From Flavobacteriaceae bacterium (lineage in GTDB: Bacteria > Bacteroidota > Bacteroidia > Flavobacteriales > Flavobacteriaceae): DNA of 64,000 bases. The notes beneath the pieces were generated by a model. That model did not search any database and was not told where the DNA came from. It saw nothing but the letters and a program-made list of their open reading frames with translations. The stretch's first letter is position 1. The number at the start of each line of letters is the position of its first letter. The stretch spans positions 160,703 to 224,702 of the forward strand of contig JAHEKV010000004.1 of the NCBI GenBank assembly GCA_024638165.1. The letters run 5' to 3'. Below are positions 28,649 to 41,283 of this stretch, piece by piece. Made by a program: the position numbers and the translations under genes.

Positions 28649-30028
28649 TTAGTTAAAGATTAGGGTTTCTTTGTTGCCTTCTTCGTCGATTACCGTTAGC
28701 GCATGTCGATAAGTGTTGTTTTCGTTACTAGCTTCTATGGCATCTTCAATCGTTGAAACTTGTATACCGTCAATGGCAATAACTACTTTACCTTCAAGAT
28801 TATAATTTTTATAGTACTCTGAAGCTGCGGTTATAATAACGCCTTCTTTTCGATTGAATTTTTTCTGTAACGTTTCGTTTAAATTTTGAACCCGAAGGCC
28901 AAGTCGATTGAGATCGGCAGTTTCATTTTTGGTTAAAGTGACTAAAGTAGAAAGCTGATTGTCATCGCGTTCGAATATTATCTCCACTTGATCACCCGGT
29001 CTTTTTGCAGAGAGGTAACCTGTAAGTGCTGTGAAATTCTTAATCGGCAGGCCGTCAACACGCTTGATGATGTCGCCAGATTTTAATCCTGCTATTTCAG
29101 CCCCTGAACCTACATTTACTTCAGAGATATAAACTCCTTCAATTTCGTCGAGACCTCTTCTAATGGCTTCAATAGATTCTGCTCTTAGCGCCGAAATACC
29201 CAGTATTCCGCGTTGAACTTTTCCAAATTCTAAAAGATCTTCTATGACCTTTTTTGCAGTATTACTAGGGATAGCAAATGAATAACCGACATAGGATCCG
29301 GTACGAGACTTTATAGCTGTATTAATACCAATAAGCTCTCCTTTGGTGTTAACTAGTGCGCCACCACTATTACCAGGATTAACTGCGGCGTCGGTTTGAA
29401 TAAACGAGAGGTTGTTAGCGGTTGAAATCGATCGCGATTTGGCCGAAATAATACCAGCAGTAACCGTAGATGTAAGATTAAACGGGTTTCCGACAGCAAG
29501 TACCCATTCGCCAACCGCACTGCGATCAGAATCTCCAAAGGCTAAATAGGGGAGTTCTTCTTCAGCTTCAATTTTTAATAATGCCAAGTCAGAGTTTGGG
29601 TCGGTTCCTATGATTTGAGCGGTGTAACTGGCATTGTTATTTAAAGTGACTTCAAGCTCTGAGGCTTCTTCGATAACGTGATTATTGGTAACGATATATC
29701 CGTCAGGTGATACAATTACTCCAGAACCTGTTCCAATTTGAGGGGTGCTAAAACTTTCATAACCATAGAAAAAGTCCATTAAAGATTGAGGCCCTTTGGT
29801 ACTGCTAACATTCTTTACATGAACTACTGCATGTATGGTTTTCTCAGCAGCGATCGTAAAATCGGTACTTGTTTGTGGAAGTCTAAGAGAAACAGGCTGA
29901 GCAGTCGCACTCTCAAAGCTGGTTGTTTCGACTGATGGTTTCTCTTTATCAGTCAACCAATGATGAACAAAAGAAGTGATGATCGCCGAAAAAACGGCAA
30001 TCGTCAAAGGGAAAATCCATTTTTTCAT
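28649..30028 (-). CDS. HtrA/DegP-family serine protease with PDZ domains, membrane-anchored
   Basis: Triad context TNNHVI, DLALLKI and GNSGGAL. N-terminal TM helix. C-terminal PDZ-like repeats. Confidence 0.9.
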   Translation of the reverse strand: MKKWIFPLTIAVFSAIITSFVHHWLTDKEKPSVETTSFESATAQPVSLRLPQTSTDFTIAAEKTIHAVVHVKNVSSTKGPQSLMDFFYGYESFSTPQIGTGSGVIVSPDGYIVTNNHVIEEASELEVTLNNNASYTAQIIGTDPNSDLALLKIEAEEELPYLAFGDSDRSAVGEWVLAVGNPFNLTSTVTAGIISAKSRSISTANNLSFIQTDAAVNPGNSGGALVNTKGELIGINTAIKSRTGSYVGYSFAIPSNTAKKVIEDLLEFGKVQRGILGISALRAESIEAIRRGLDEIEGVYISEVNVGSGAEIAGLKSGDIIKRVDGLPIKNFTALTGYLSAKRPGDQVEIIFERDDNQLSTLVTLTKNETADLNRLGLRVQNLNETLQKKFNRKEGVIITAASEYYKNYNLEGKVVIAIDGIQVSTIEDAIEASNENNTYRHALTVIDEEGNKETLIFN

Positions 30029-30137
30029 AATACTTGAGTTTTTTTTACAAAAATGAAATCATTTTTCCTTTCTAGGTAGGCTTTTAACGCTCATTTAACG
30101 ATTCTAATTCCTCTAAAAATTGAGGTATATTGCAGGT

Positions 30138-30923
30138 ATGAATGTAGAAGTGCCATTTTATAAGTATCACGGTGCGGGGAACGACTTTGTGATCATCGAT
30201 CGCTCAGAAGTGCCCTTCGAACTTAGTGCCATTCAGATTAAGCAAATTTGCGAGAGACGCTATGGCATTGGGGCAGATGGTCTTATGTTTTACGATAGCC
30301 ACAATCAGTTAGATTTTAAAATGACCTATTTTAATTCTGATGGATCAGAGTCTTCTTTTTGTGGTAATGGGGCACGCTGTATTGTGCAATTTGGAATCGA
30401 TCATAAAGGTCTTTCAGAGACTATTTCTTTTGATTTTAAGGGTAACCCTTTAGGAGCGAAGAGAAAGGATGATCTTATCGAGATTAATATGTCAAATGTC
30501 TCTCGTGTAGAACGTTTAGATAACAATAATTTGTTTTTAGACACGGGATCTCCACACCAGATTGTTTGGGTTTCAGAGGTTGACAAAATTGAAGTTGAAA
30601 GTGAAGGTAGAGCGCTTCGCCACTCTTTTAGTCCTGCCGGATGCAATGTTAATTTTGTTGAGCTTCTCGGAGAAAATAAGCTTGCGATTCGAACTTATGA
30701 AAGAGGGGTAGAAGCAGAGACCCATGCTTGTGGAACTGGAATCACAGCTGCTGCAATCGCTGCTTATTTCGATCAGAAAATAGCTGCTACGGAGATTGAA
30801 TTGAATGCGGTGGGTGGAACGCTGTGGGTGCGCTTTGAACCTTCGAATTCAGGTTTTGTAAACATCTACCTCACGGGTCCTGCCATTCATGTGTTCACAG
30901 GGGTTATAGAACTAAGGTCATGA
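30138..30923 (+). CDS. dapF: diaminopimelate epimerase
   Basis: Motifs YHGAGNDF and NSDGSESSFCGNG. ATG 30138 is preferred over the TTG at 30120. Confidence 0.9.
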   Translation: MNVEVPFYKYHGAGNDFVIIDRSEVPFELSAIQIKQICERRYGIGADGLMFYDSHNQLDFKMTYFNSDGSESSFCGNGARCIVQFGIDHKGLSETISFDFKGNPLGAKRKDDLIEINMSNVSRVERLDNNNLFLDTGSPHQIVWVSEVDKIEVESEGRALRHSFSPAGCNVNFVELLGENKLAIRTYERGVEAETHACGTGITAAAIAAYFDQKIAATEIELNAVGGTLWVRFEPSNSGFVNIYLTGPAIHVFTGVIELRS

Positions 30924-31435
30924 AAGAGTCTTTCCCTTCGGTTGAATTAAGGGCATTAGAACCAGAAGATCTCGATTTTCTTTATCGGTTAGAGAATGAC
31001 CCTGAAGTTTGGCGGTTTTCAGAAAATCAAAGACCGCTTTCTAAGAATCGATTAAAAAAATATTTAGATCACGCCCATCTTGACCCTTTTAAAATCGGTC
31101 AAATACGACTAGTAGTTACAGTAGGAGGTAAGTCTGTAGGCCTCGTGGATCTTTTTGATTTCAAACCGAAGCACGGAAATGCAATGATAGGAGTAGTGAT
31201 TGATCCTTTACACCGCAATAAAGGTATCGGAGTAAAAGCGGTTGTTGCTATGTGTGATTATGCAAAATCTTGGCTAAATTGTAGACAACTAGCCGCTGTG
31301 ATTTCTGAATCGAATAGTCATAGTATTCGGCTTTTTGAGAAAGCTGGATTTCAAAAGTTAGGAGTGATGCATGATTGGATCTCTACTCCTGATGGCTTTG
31401 AAACACAACTATGGTATCAAAAAAAATTGGTGTAG
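30920..31435 (+). CDS. GNAT family N-acetyltransferase (RimJ/RimL-like)
   Basis: 171 aa. Acetyl-CoA motif RNKGIGVKAV. ATGA overlap with dapF. Confidence 0.8.
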   Translation: MKESFPSVELRALEPEDLDFLYRLENDPEVWRFSENQRPLSKNRLKKYLDHAHLDPFKIGQIRLVVTVGGKSVGLVDLFDFKPKHGNAMIGVVIDPLHRNKGIGVKAVVAMCDYAKSWLNCRQLAAVISESNSHSIRLFEKAGFQKLGVMHDWISTPDGFETQLWYQKKLV

Positions 31436-31439
31436 TCTC

Positions 31440-32474
31440 ATGAAGAATATAAGGAAGTTGATTTTTGCTTTAGCCGCTGCCGGAGGCCTATTGCTTTTAG
31501 TTGCTTATGGTATGCTCTTCGCTTCAAATACTAATTTTGAAAATGAATATCAGCTTCTGTTTGTAGAGACCGATACCTCAGAAGAGGAGTTTATGATCCA
31601 AATTGCCCCCTTTTTGAAGAGTACTACCTCTTTTCGGTGGGTGGCTAACCGAAAGAAATATTTGCAAAACATTAAGCCAGGTCGTTTTGTCTTAAATAAA
31701 GGAATGAACAACAATGAACTGATCAGGGTATTACGCTCTGAAAATAAACCTATAGATCTCGTAATTGCCCCCTATGAGCGAATGGAAGAAGTTGCAGGAT
31801 ATGTTTCAAAGATAATCGAGGCAGATAGTGCTGATATAATCGAGGCCTTTTTTGATACTGACTTTCTATTTCAAACCAAACTTCGGCCTGAAAACGTGCT
31901 AAGCCTAATAATTCCTAATACTTATGAAGTTTATTGGAATACTTCTGCCATTCAGTATCGAAACCGAATGTTGAAGGAATATCGGGATTACTGGAATGAA
32001 AATCGACTCGCCCAAGCTAATGAGATTAAACTTTCTCCCTCTGAGGTTTATACCCTAGCCTCGATTGTTTCTAAAGAATCAGTGAAAGCTGATGAACGAC
32101 CTAGAGTTGCTGGTGTTTATTTAAACCGGCTCAGAAAGAATATGAAACTACAGGCAGATCCGACGGTTGTTTATTCGATAAAACATACTACTGGTAATTT
32201 TGATACGATCATCCGACGTGTGTTATATAGAGATCTTCGCTTAGATAACCCGTATAATACATACAAAAGAAATGGCTTGCCAATAGGGCCGATCACCATG
32301 CCAGAAATGAGTGCGATTGAAGCGGTGCTCAATGCAGAGAGACACTCATACCTATATTTTGTTGCTGATGTCGAAAGACCGGGTTATCATAATTTTTCTA
32401 AAACACTCTCTGAGCACAACAAGAAACGAAAGGTTTATACCGAATGGCTCAACGATCGAAACATTAGAAGGTAA
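31440..32474 (+). CDS. mltG: endolytic murein transglycosylase MltG (YceG-like)
   Basis: ATG 31440 gives an N-terminal TM helix. Motifs LASIVSKES and LQADPTVVY. The ORF-track start at 31371 overlaps the GNAT gene. Confidence 0.85.
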   Translation: MKNIRKLIFALAAAGGLLLLVAYGMLFASNTNFENEYQLLFVETDTSEEEFMIQIAPFLKSTTSFRWVANRKKYLQNIKPGRFVLNKGMNNNELIRVLRSENKPIDLVIAPYERMEEVAGYVSKIIEADSADIIEAFFDTDFLFQTKLRPENVLSLIIPNTYEVYWNTSAIQYRNRMLKEYRDYWNENRLAQANEIKLSPSEVYTLASIVSKESVKADERPRVAGVYLNRLRKNMKLQADPTVVYSIKHTTGNFDTIIRRVLYRDLRLDNPYNTYKRNGLPIGPITMPEMSAIEAVLNAERHSYLYFVADVERPGYHNFSKTLSEHNKKRKVYTEWLNDRNIRR

Positions 32475-32486
32475 TCATAGAGAGGT

Positions 32487-33206
32487 TTATTTTTTAAGGA
32501 TGCTGAAAATTGCAGGTCTTTTGTGGAGGTCTGGGCTCGTTATAGTTTTCCACCTACTAACTGGTAGTGTTTTAATGTACTCCTGGTCACCATTAATTTC
32601 GACCGCTACAGAGAGTATGGTTTCATTACCTAAAATCTTAACCAGAAACTCGAACATTTTATCATTTCGATAGGGAGTTTCCATAAAGATTTGAGTTTGA
32701 CCAAAACTGAATGAACGTTTCTCTAATTCGAGTACCGTTCTTTTCTTATCGTTTGAATCAATAGGTAAGTACCCGTTGAATGCAAAGCTTTGCCCATTAA
32801 GTCCACTGGCCATAAGTGCGAGTAAGATTGATGAAGGGCCCACTAAGGGAATTACCTTGATATTTTTTTGGTGCGCTACCTCGACTAAGCGACTTCCAGG
32901 GTCAGCTACCGCAGGTACACCAGCCTCAGACATAAGCCCTACAGGAATCCCTTTTTGGCAAGGAGAAAGTAAAGATTCAATCTCTGTTGTTGGTGTGTTT
33001 TTGTCTAAAATGGATAGGGTCAGAGCGGGTTGAGATACCTCGGGATAAATACATCGAATCATCTTTCTAGCTGTCTTCTCATTTTCAACCACAAAATGGT
33101 TCAGTTGTTTAACACGCTCAATAACTCCTTTGGGAATAGAAAAAGAAGCCTCACCCTCATGAATAGGTACGGGTATGAGGTATAGATTACCAAAAGGGTT
33201 TGCCAT
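32487..33206 (-). CDS. tetrapyrrole-methylase-fold SAM-dependent methyltransferase (RsmI-like)
   Basis: 239 aa with an RsmI-like layout (GVPAVADPG). Immediately downstream of dnaA. Confidence 0.7.
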   Translation of the reverse strand: MANPFGNLYLIPVPIHEGEASFSIPKGVIERVKQLNHFVVENEKTARKMIRCIYPEVSQPALTLSILDKNTPTTEIESLLSPCQKGIPVGLMSEAGVPAVADPGSRLVEVAHQKNIKVIPLVGPSSILLALMASGLNGQSFAFNGYLPIDSNDKKRTVLELEKRSFSFGQTQIFMETPYRNDKMFEFLVKILGNETILSVAVEINGDQEYIKTLPVSRWKTITSPDLHKRPAIFSILKK

Positions 33207-33237
33207 TAAAATAAGTTGTTAGTCGATTCGCGGAGGT

Positions 33238-34656
33238 TTAAGAAAACTTCTTACCTAAATCGTCAATATATTTTCTGAATTGCTTGTCTGTATCAGCAAG
33301 GTTCTCTACCGTACGACAGGCATGTAAAACTGTAGCATGATCTCGCTTACCAATTTGTGATCCAATACTTGCAAGTGAAGCCTTGGTGTATTTTTTAGCA
33401 AAATACATGGCTAATTGCCTCGCTTGAACAATATGACGCTTTCGAGTCTTGGATTGCAGGGTATCAAGGTCCATCTCGAAATAATCAGCCACCATTTTCT
33501 GGATGTAATCGATCGAGACTTCTTTTTTAGTGTTTTTAACAAATTTATCTACCACCTGCTGAGCAAGCTCTATAGTTACCTCCTTTTTATTAAAAGATGC
33601 TTGAGCGATCAAGGAGATGATAGCACCTTCGAGCTCTCTGATATTGCTTTTAATATTCTGGGCAATGTAATCGATGATGTCTTCAGGTAGCGTCATACCG
33701 TCGAGGTATAACTTATTCTTCAGAATAGCTACTCTTGTTTGATAGTCAGGTTGCTGTAGTTCTGCAGAAAGTCCCCATTTAAAGCGCGATAGTAGGCGCT
33801 GTTCGATGTCTTGCATATCTACAGGAGCTTTGTCAGAACTTAAAACTACCTGTTTACCGTTTTGATGCAGATGATTGAAGATATGGAAGAATACATCTTG
33901 AGTTCCACTCTTACCCGCCAGGAATTGAACGTCATCTATCAGTAAAGTGTCGATCAGTTGATAAAAGTGAATAAAATCATTCCTAGTGTTATTCTTTACT
34001 GACTCGATGTATTGCTGCGTAAATTTCTCTGCAGAAATGTAAAGTACTGTTTTGTCAGGGTGCTTTTCTTTGATATCTACACCAATGGCGTGTAATAGGT
34101 GGGTTTTTCCTAAACCTACATTACCAAAGATGAGTAGGGGATTAAATGAAGTGCCCCCTGGCTTATTCGCAACGGCCTGACCAGCTGACCTAGCCAAACG
34201 GTTTGATTCTCCTTCTAAGAAACTCTCAAAACTATAAGAGGTATTGAGTTGAGAATCAATTTTAATATTTCGAATACCGGGAATGATAAACGGATTCTTT
34301 AATCCAGGATCTTTCTGCGCAATAGGAACATCAAGTTCTTGTGTAGAGAATGCGCTTTTGTGTCTACTGGGGATTTGTTCCGTATGTGAAGTGGCATCCT
34401 CATTTTGCATTTTAATTACATAGAGAAGCTTTGCTGATTCTCCCAGTTCTTTGCGGAGCGCAACCTTTAATAGTTTTACATAGTGTTCTTCAAGCCATTC
34501 GTAAAAAAACTTACTAGGAACTTGAATACTCAGTGCATTGTCTTGGAGTTTAACAGGATAGATAGGTTCGAACCATGTCTTGTATGCTTGAGGTTGGATG
34601 TTATCCTTTATAAAGGACAAGCATTTATTCCAAACATGTTCAGCAGACATCTTCAC
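33238..34656 (-). CDS. dnaA: chromosomal replication initiator protein DnaA
   Basis: 472 aa. Walker A GNVGLGKTHL. Domain IV IVQARQLAMYFAKKYT...GKRDHATVLHA. Confidence 0.95.
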   Translation of the reverse strand: MKMSAEHVWNKCLSFIKDNIQPQAYKTWFEPIYPVKLQDNALSIQVPSKFFYEWLEEHYVKLLKVALRKELGESAKLLYVIKMQNEDATSHTEQIPSRHKSAFSTQELDVPIAQKDPGLKNPFIIPGIRNIKIDSQLNTSYSFESFLEGESNRLARSAGQAVANKPGGTSFNPLLIFGNVGLGKTHLLHAIGVDIKEKHPDKTVLYISAEKFTQQYIESVKNNTRNDFIHFYQLIDTLLIDDVQFLAGKSGTQDVFFHIFNHLHQNGKQVVLSSDKAPVDMQDIEQRLLSRFKWGLSAELQQPDYQTRVAILKNKLYLDGMTLPEDIIDYIAQNIKSNIRELEGAIISLIAQASFNKKEVTIELAQQVVDKFVKNTKKEVSIDYIQKMVADYFEMDLDTLQSKTRKRHIVQARQLAMYFAKKYTKASLASIGSQIGKRDHATVLHACRTVENLADTDKQFRKYIDDLGKKFS

Positions 34657-34846
34657 TGTTAATATATAGACTTGAAGTTTAACGATTCGAAGGGTTGAAA
34701 AAAACCAAAAAGGCGACCCATCGTTGGAAGAACAAATATGTTTACTTCTTTGCTTAAAAAAAAATTATTTGGGTATTTGTTTTTAAGTTTTTTTAGCATA
34801 ACTAAGAAAACTTCAAATGTTGTTGGTTTAATTTAAAAATTCATCG

Positions 34847-35245
34847 TTGAATACACATTATTTACAGGTTCGAGTGCGTTACCAAGAGACCGATCGAATG
34901 GGAATTGTTTATCATGCTAACTATTTGTCTTACTTTGAGTTAGGTAGAGTCGAATGGTTACGCAATAAAGGGCTTGACTATGCTCGATTAGAAGATTCTG
35001 GTGTACTTCTTCCTGTAGTAAATGTTAGTATCAGTTACAAGGCCCCGGCAAGCTATGATCAGTTACTTTCTGTTGAGACTGTACTAGTTAAAATTGGGGG
35101 TGCATCCTTGGTGTTTCAGAACAAAATCTACGATGAAAATAAGCGACTTTTAGTTGAAGGAGAAGTGACGTTAGTCGCTACCGATTCTAGTTCGTTTAAG
35201 CCGATTAAAATACCAGCTAGTTTGCTTTCTCTGATTCAGAAATAA
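34847..35245 (+). CDS. YbgC/4HBT-family acyl-CoA thioesterase
   Basis: 132 aa with a TTG start. VRVRYQETDRMGIVYHANYLSYFE. Confidence 0.8.
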   Translation: MNTHYLQVRVRYQETDRMGIVYHANYLSYFELGRVEWLRNKGLDYARLEDSGVLLPVVNVSISYKAPASYDQLLSVETVLVKIGGASLVFQNKIYDENKRLLVEGEVTLVATDSSSFKPIKIPASLLSLIQK

Positions 35246-35843
35246 TTAGATCAACATACCGCTTGTTACTTTTTAACTTTGAAAGAAAAAGTTCATTCGT
35301 TGATAGGGGGATAGTGAATGCTATCGAAATGAATACTAAGTAGCTGGTAGATTTGATTTTACCACCGTGCTTTTCAATGATTGCAGTGAGCCATCTTTCA
35401 TCTGCATACTTAACTTGTACCGAATAGTCTGCTGAAGGGGTAACTTTCATTTTTTCACACTCCAAGAGTACGCCATTTGCAGTGGATTTATACGCGCCAA
35501 TTAAGCCAGGTATACCGAGTGGTGTTCCTCCAAATTCTCTAACTACAAATACTGCCGTATTGTATAGATTATGTTGAATAATCTGACCTAAAACAGGAGG
35601 TCCTGAGCTGTTTTTTGGTTCCCCGTCATCTGTGCAAAAGGTTTGATTATTTTTAGGTTGGTCTCGATAGGCTGATACCACGTGATTCGCTTTGGGATAT
35701 AGAAGTCTGAAGTGCCCGATCATTGATTTAAAATCATCTAAGTAATTAAATGGTGCAGCGTATCCATAGAATTTGCTCCCGCGATCTTTGAAAATGAAAG
35801 GTCCTTTTTCCTTTGTTATTTCTAGATATTCGGAGTTACTCAT
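35217..35843 (-). CDS. YigZ / IMPACT-family protein
   Basis: UPF0029-like motifs RGSKF, ANHVVSAY, DDGEP and REFGGTPLG. Confidence 0.8.
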   Translation of the reverse strand: MSNSEYLEITKEKGPFIFKDRGSKFYGYAAPFNYLDDFKSMIGHFRLLYPKANHVVSAYRDQPKNNQTFCTDDGEPKNSSGPPVLGQIIQHNLYNTAVFVVREFGGTPLGIPGLIGAYKSTANGVLLECEKMKVTPSADYSVQVKYADERWLTAIIEKHGGKIKSTSYLVFISIAFTIPLSTNELFLSKLKSNKRYVDLIISESEKAN

Positions 35844-36895
35844 TGATTTGCATGGTTTCTGTGAATAATCACTTGGTCACTTGCAGAACTTATGATTTTC
35901 AGCGGCTTTTGATCGATTCTTGGAGCCTTTACGCCTTCTGTTAGGTTAGCGTTGCTTTTGAAAATAATCGCTTCGTCCCAAAGATCGCGTTCCAAAAACT
36001 GATTAATCACCTGTGATCCTCCCTCAATAAGGAGCGTTTGTATTTGGTGTTCTCTGCAATGATTAAGCAGTAAATCAAAGGTTTCGTATGAGTTCTTTAT
36101 TGCGATTTGATCAATACTTACACTTCGTTTTTCAGGAGTTTTGGTAAACTGCGTAATTGAAACTTGCTTATTGAGCCAACTACTAGGAATGTCGTTTAAT
36201 TTTCCTCCAATAATTAGTATTTCAGGGTCTTTACCAGCCCAAATTCGAGTATTTAAAGAGGGTTTATCGTAACGCAAGGTTTCAGCACCGATTAAAATCC
36301 CCATTGAGCAGGCTCTCAATTTATGGGCCCATTGTTTTGATAAAGGTTGAGACAACCAATAGGAACCAGGTTTTGTTTGTTGATCTTTTAAAGGAGCGAT
36401 AAACTCGTCTTTAGACTCGGCCCATTTTAAGGTTATATAAGGTCTTTTGTGATCAATAAAGGTTAAGAATTGACGATGAGTCTCAGTGCATTCCTTCTCG
36501 AGTACACCAGTTGTTACTTCGATATTCGAGGCTCTTAATAGGGCTATGCCTTTTCCTGCTACTAAAGGGTTCGGGTCTTGACAACCGATAACTACTTTAG
36601 AGATTCCCGATTGAGTGATTGCTAAAGAACAAGGGGGTGTTTTTCCGTGATGCGAGCAAGGCTCGAGCGTAACATAAAGTGTGGCTTTATTTAAAAGAGG
36701 TAAGTCTTCTTTTCTAATTTGATGAAGGGCGTTGATTTCAGCGTGATTGCCTCCGTAATTCGAAGTAAACCCTTCTCCGATAACTTTGTTTTCTGATACG
36801 ATAACGGCTCCTACCGAAGGGTTTGGCCTGGCTCCTTGGCTGTTTTTTAATGCCAGCTCTAAGGCTCTTTTCATGTAGAATTCATGTATCTTCAC
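35840..36895 (-). CDS. ribD: bifunctional riboflavin biosynthesis deaminase/reductase
   Basis: Zinc motifs HAEINAL and PCSHHGKTPPC. GTG 36895 keeps the conserved HEFYM N-terminus. ATG 36874 is the alternative start. Confidence 0.9.
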   Translation of the reverse strand: MKIHEFYMKRALELALKNSQGARPNPSVGAVIVSENKVIGEGFTSNYGGNHAEINALHQIRKEDLPLLNKATLYVTLEPCSHHGKTPPCSLAITQSGISKVVIGCQDPNPLVAGKGIALLRASNIEVTTGVLEKECTETHRQFLTFIDHKRPYITLKWAESKDEFIAPLKDQQTKPGSYWLSQPLSKQWAHKLRACSMGILIGAETLRYDKPSLNTRIWAGKDPEILIIGGKLNDIPSSWLNKQVSITQFTKTPEKRSVSIDQIAIKNSYETFDLLLNHCREHQIQTLLIEGGSQVINQFLERDLWDEAIIFKSNANLTEGVKAPRIDQKPLKIISSASDQVIIHRNHANQ

Positions 36896-36899
36896 CTTT

Positions 36900-36907
36900 C
36901 AAAAATA
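36900..36907 (-). promoter_or_regulatory. -7 box TATTTTTG upstream of ribD
   Basis: Plus strand reads CAAAAATA. Only 4 nt from GTG 36895, and 25 nt from ATG 36874. Confidence 0.4.
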
Positions 36908-36929
36908 GAGAAAGAAAACAAGATCTGAG

Positions 36930-37417
36930 ATGCGATTAGAATCGATTCAAATATCTTTAATTCAGCCTGAGGATAGCCAAGAACTTGGGGAGTTGATTAA
37001 GAGGGTTTTGGAGGAAATGAATGCTCCTAAAACAGGTACAGCCTACGCAGACCCTTATCTTTTTGATTTATATTCTTATTACAATCACCCGAAGAGGGAT
37101 TACTATGTCATTCGTTATAATGGAGAGCTCTTAGGAGGGGGAGGATATGGTGACCTTCCAGGGGCGCCAGAGGAAGTATGTGAGATTCAGAAAATGTACT
37201 TTGACCCAAAATTGAGAGGTAAGGGTATCGGAAAGAGATTACTGCTAAAGCTAATAGAAGAATCAAAATGTACAGGTTATACGAAAGCCTATATTGAAAC
37301 CCTTCCTCAAATGAAATCGGCAATTGGCTTATACGAGCATTTAGGTTTTACCTATTTAGAGGGTCCTCTAGGGGGTACTGGTCACACTTCTTGTCCTATT
37401 CATTTAATACTTGAAAT

Positions 37418-37421
<4 letters not shown>
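36930..37421 (+). CDS. GNAT family N-acetyltransferase
   Basis: 163 aa. Acetyl-CoA motif LRGKGIGKRLL. Confidence 0.8.
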
Positions 37422-40269
<2,848 letters not shown>

Positions 40270-40346
40270 TTACAACATATTGTTTTTATTTAGTTAATCA
40301 AGCAGACTTCCTAACAAATCAATTGCGTTGGTGTTAATCGATGAAG

Positions 40347-40354
40347 TATTTTTG
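40347..40354 (+). promoter_or_regulatory. -7 box TATTTTTG for dapA
   Basis: 18 nt upstream of ATG 40373. A TTG lies at 40328..40330. Confidence 0.5.
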
Positions 40355-40372
40355 CAATCCAATTTTTAGTCA

Positions 40373-41257
40373 ATGATACAATTTGGAGGTCTTGGTGTTG
40401 CTTTAGTTACTCCGTTCAGCAATTCTGGAGATATTGATTTTGTTGCTCTCAAGCGATTAGTAAATTTTCAAGTCAATCAAAAAGTTGATTATTTGGTGGT
40501 CTTGGGTACAACTGCTGAGACAGCCACACTTTCAACAGATGAAAAGATCGCGGTACTTGAATGTGTTAAAGAGGTAAATCGAAATAGAGTTCCTATCGTA
40601 TTAGGTCTAGGTTCGAATGACACGCGATCGCTTGTAGCACAGTTAGGGATTTTCGATTTCAACGGAGTGGATGGGATTCTGTCTGTTTGTCCTTACTACA
40701 CTAAACCATCTCAAGAGGGTATGTTTCAACATTTCTCGGCATTAGCATCTAACACTTCCTTGCCAATCCTTTTGTATAACGTACCAGGAAGAACAGGTGT
40801 TTCTTTAGCAGTAAATACTGTGAAACGTCTAAATGATGCACACTCAAATATTATTGGAATAAAAGAAGCTAGTGGCGATTTACCTACGATAACGGCATTA
40901 AAAAAAGAATTACCTAATGATTTTCAGATCATTTCAGGTGATGATTTTACCACTATTTCTGCTATTTTGTTAGGTGCGGTAGGAGTTATCTCGGTTGTAG
41001 GGCAAGCGATTCCTGAACTATTTGGCAAAGGAATACGTGCGGCTTTATCTGGCGATTTAGAGGCCGCCAATCGTATCCATAAAGAGATTCAATCTTTATG
41101 TGATTTGGTTTTTAGAGAGGGTAACCCAACCGGAATAAAGTCGAGTTTAGCTCATATGAGACTGATTGAATCTCATTTAAGACTACCGCTAGTGTCAGCA
41201 ACAGAAGAACTCAGTTCGCTTATTTCCACCGAAATGACTAGATTGGAGGCTTTGTGA
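40373..41257 (+). CDS. dapA: 4-hydroxy-tetrahydrodipicolinate synthase
   Basis: GTTAETATLS, and the Schiff-base Lys context IIGIKEASG. Confidence 0.9.
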   Translation: MIQFGGLGVALVTPFSNSGDIDFVALKRLVNFQVNQKVDYLVVLGTTAETATLSTDEKIAVLECVKEVNRNRVPIVLGLGSNDTRSLVAQLGIFDFNGVDGILSVCPYYTKPSQEGMFQHFSALASNTSLPILLYNVPGRTGVSLAVNTVKRLNDAHSNIIGIKEASGDLPTITALKKELPNDFQIISGDDFTTISAILLGAVGVISVVGQAIPELFGKGIRAALSGDLEAANRIHKEIQSLCDLVFREGNPTGIKSSLAHMRLIESHLRLPLVSATEELSSLISTEMTRLEAL

Positions 41258-41283
41258 TCTTAAAAAAAGATTACTTTTGCCCC

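Noticed and set aside
35840-36929. I expected an FMN riboswitch upstream of ribD. I also looked for lysine, ZTP, THF or glycine-type leaders upstream of dapA and glyA, and for r-protein leaders upstream of rpsF and rplS.
   Set aside because: The upstream spacers are only 34-100 nt and are largely used up by the promoter boxes. The implied 5' UTRs are about 10-25 nt, too short for these structured elements, and I saw no conserved riboswitch core sequences.
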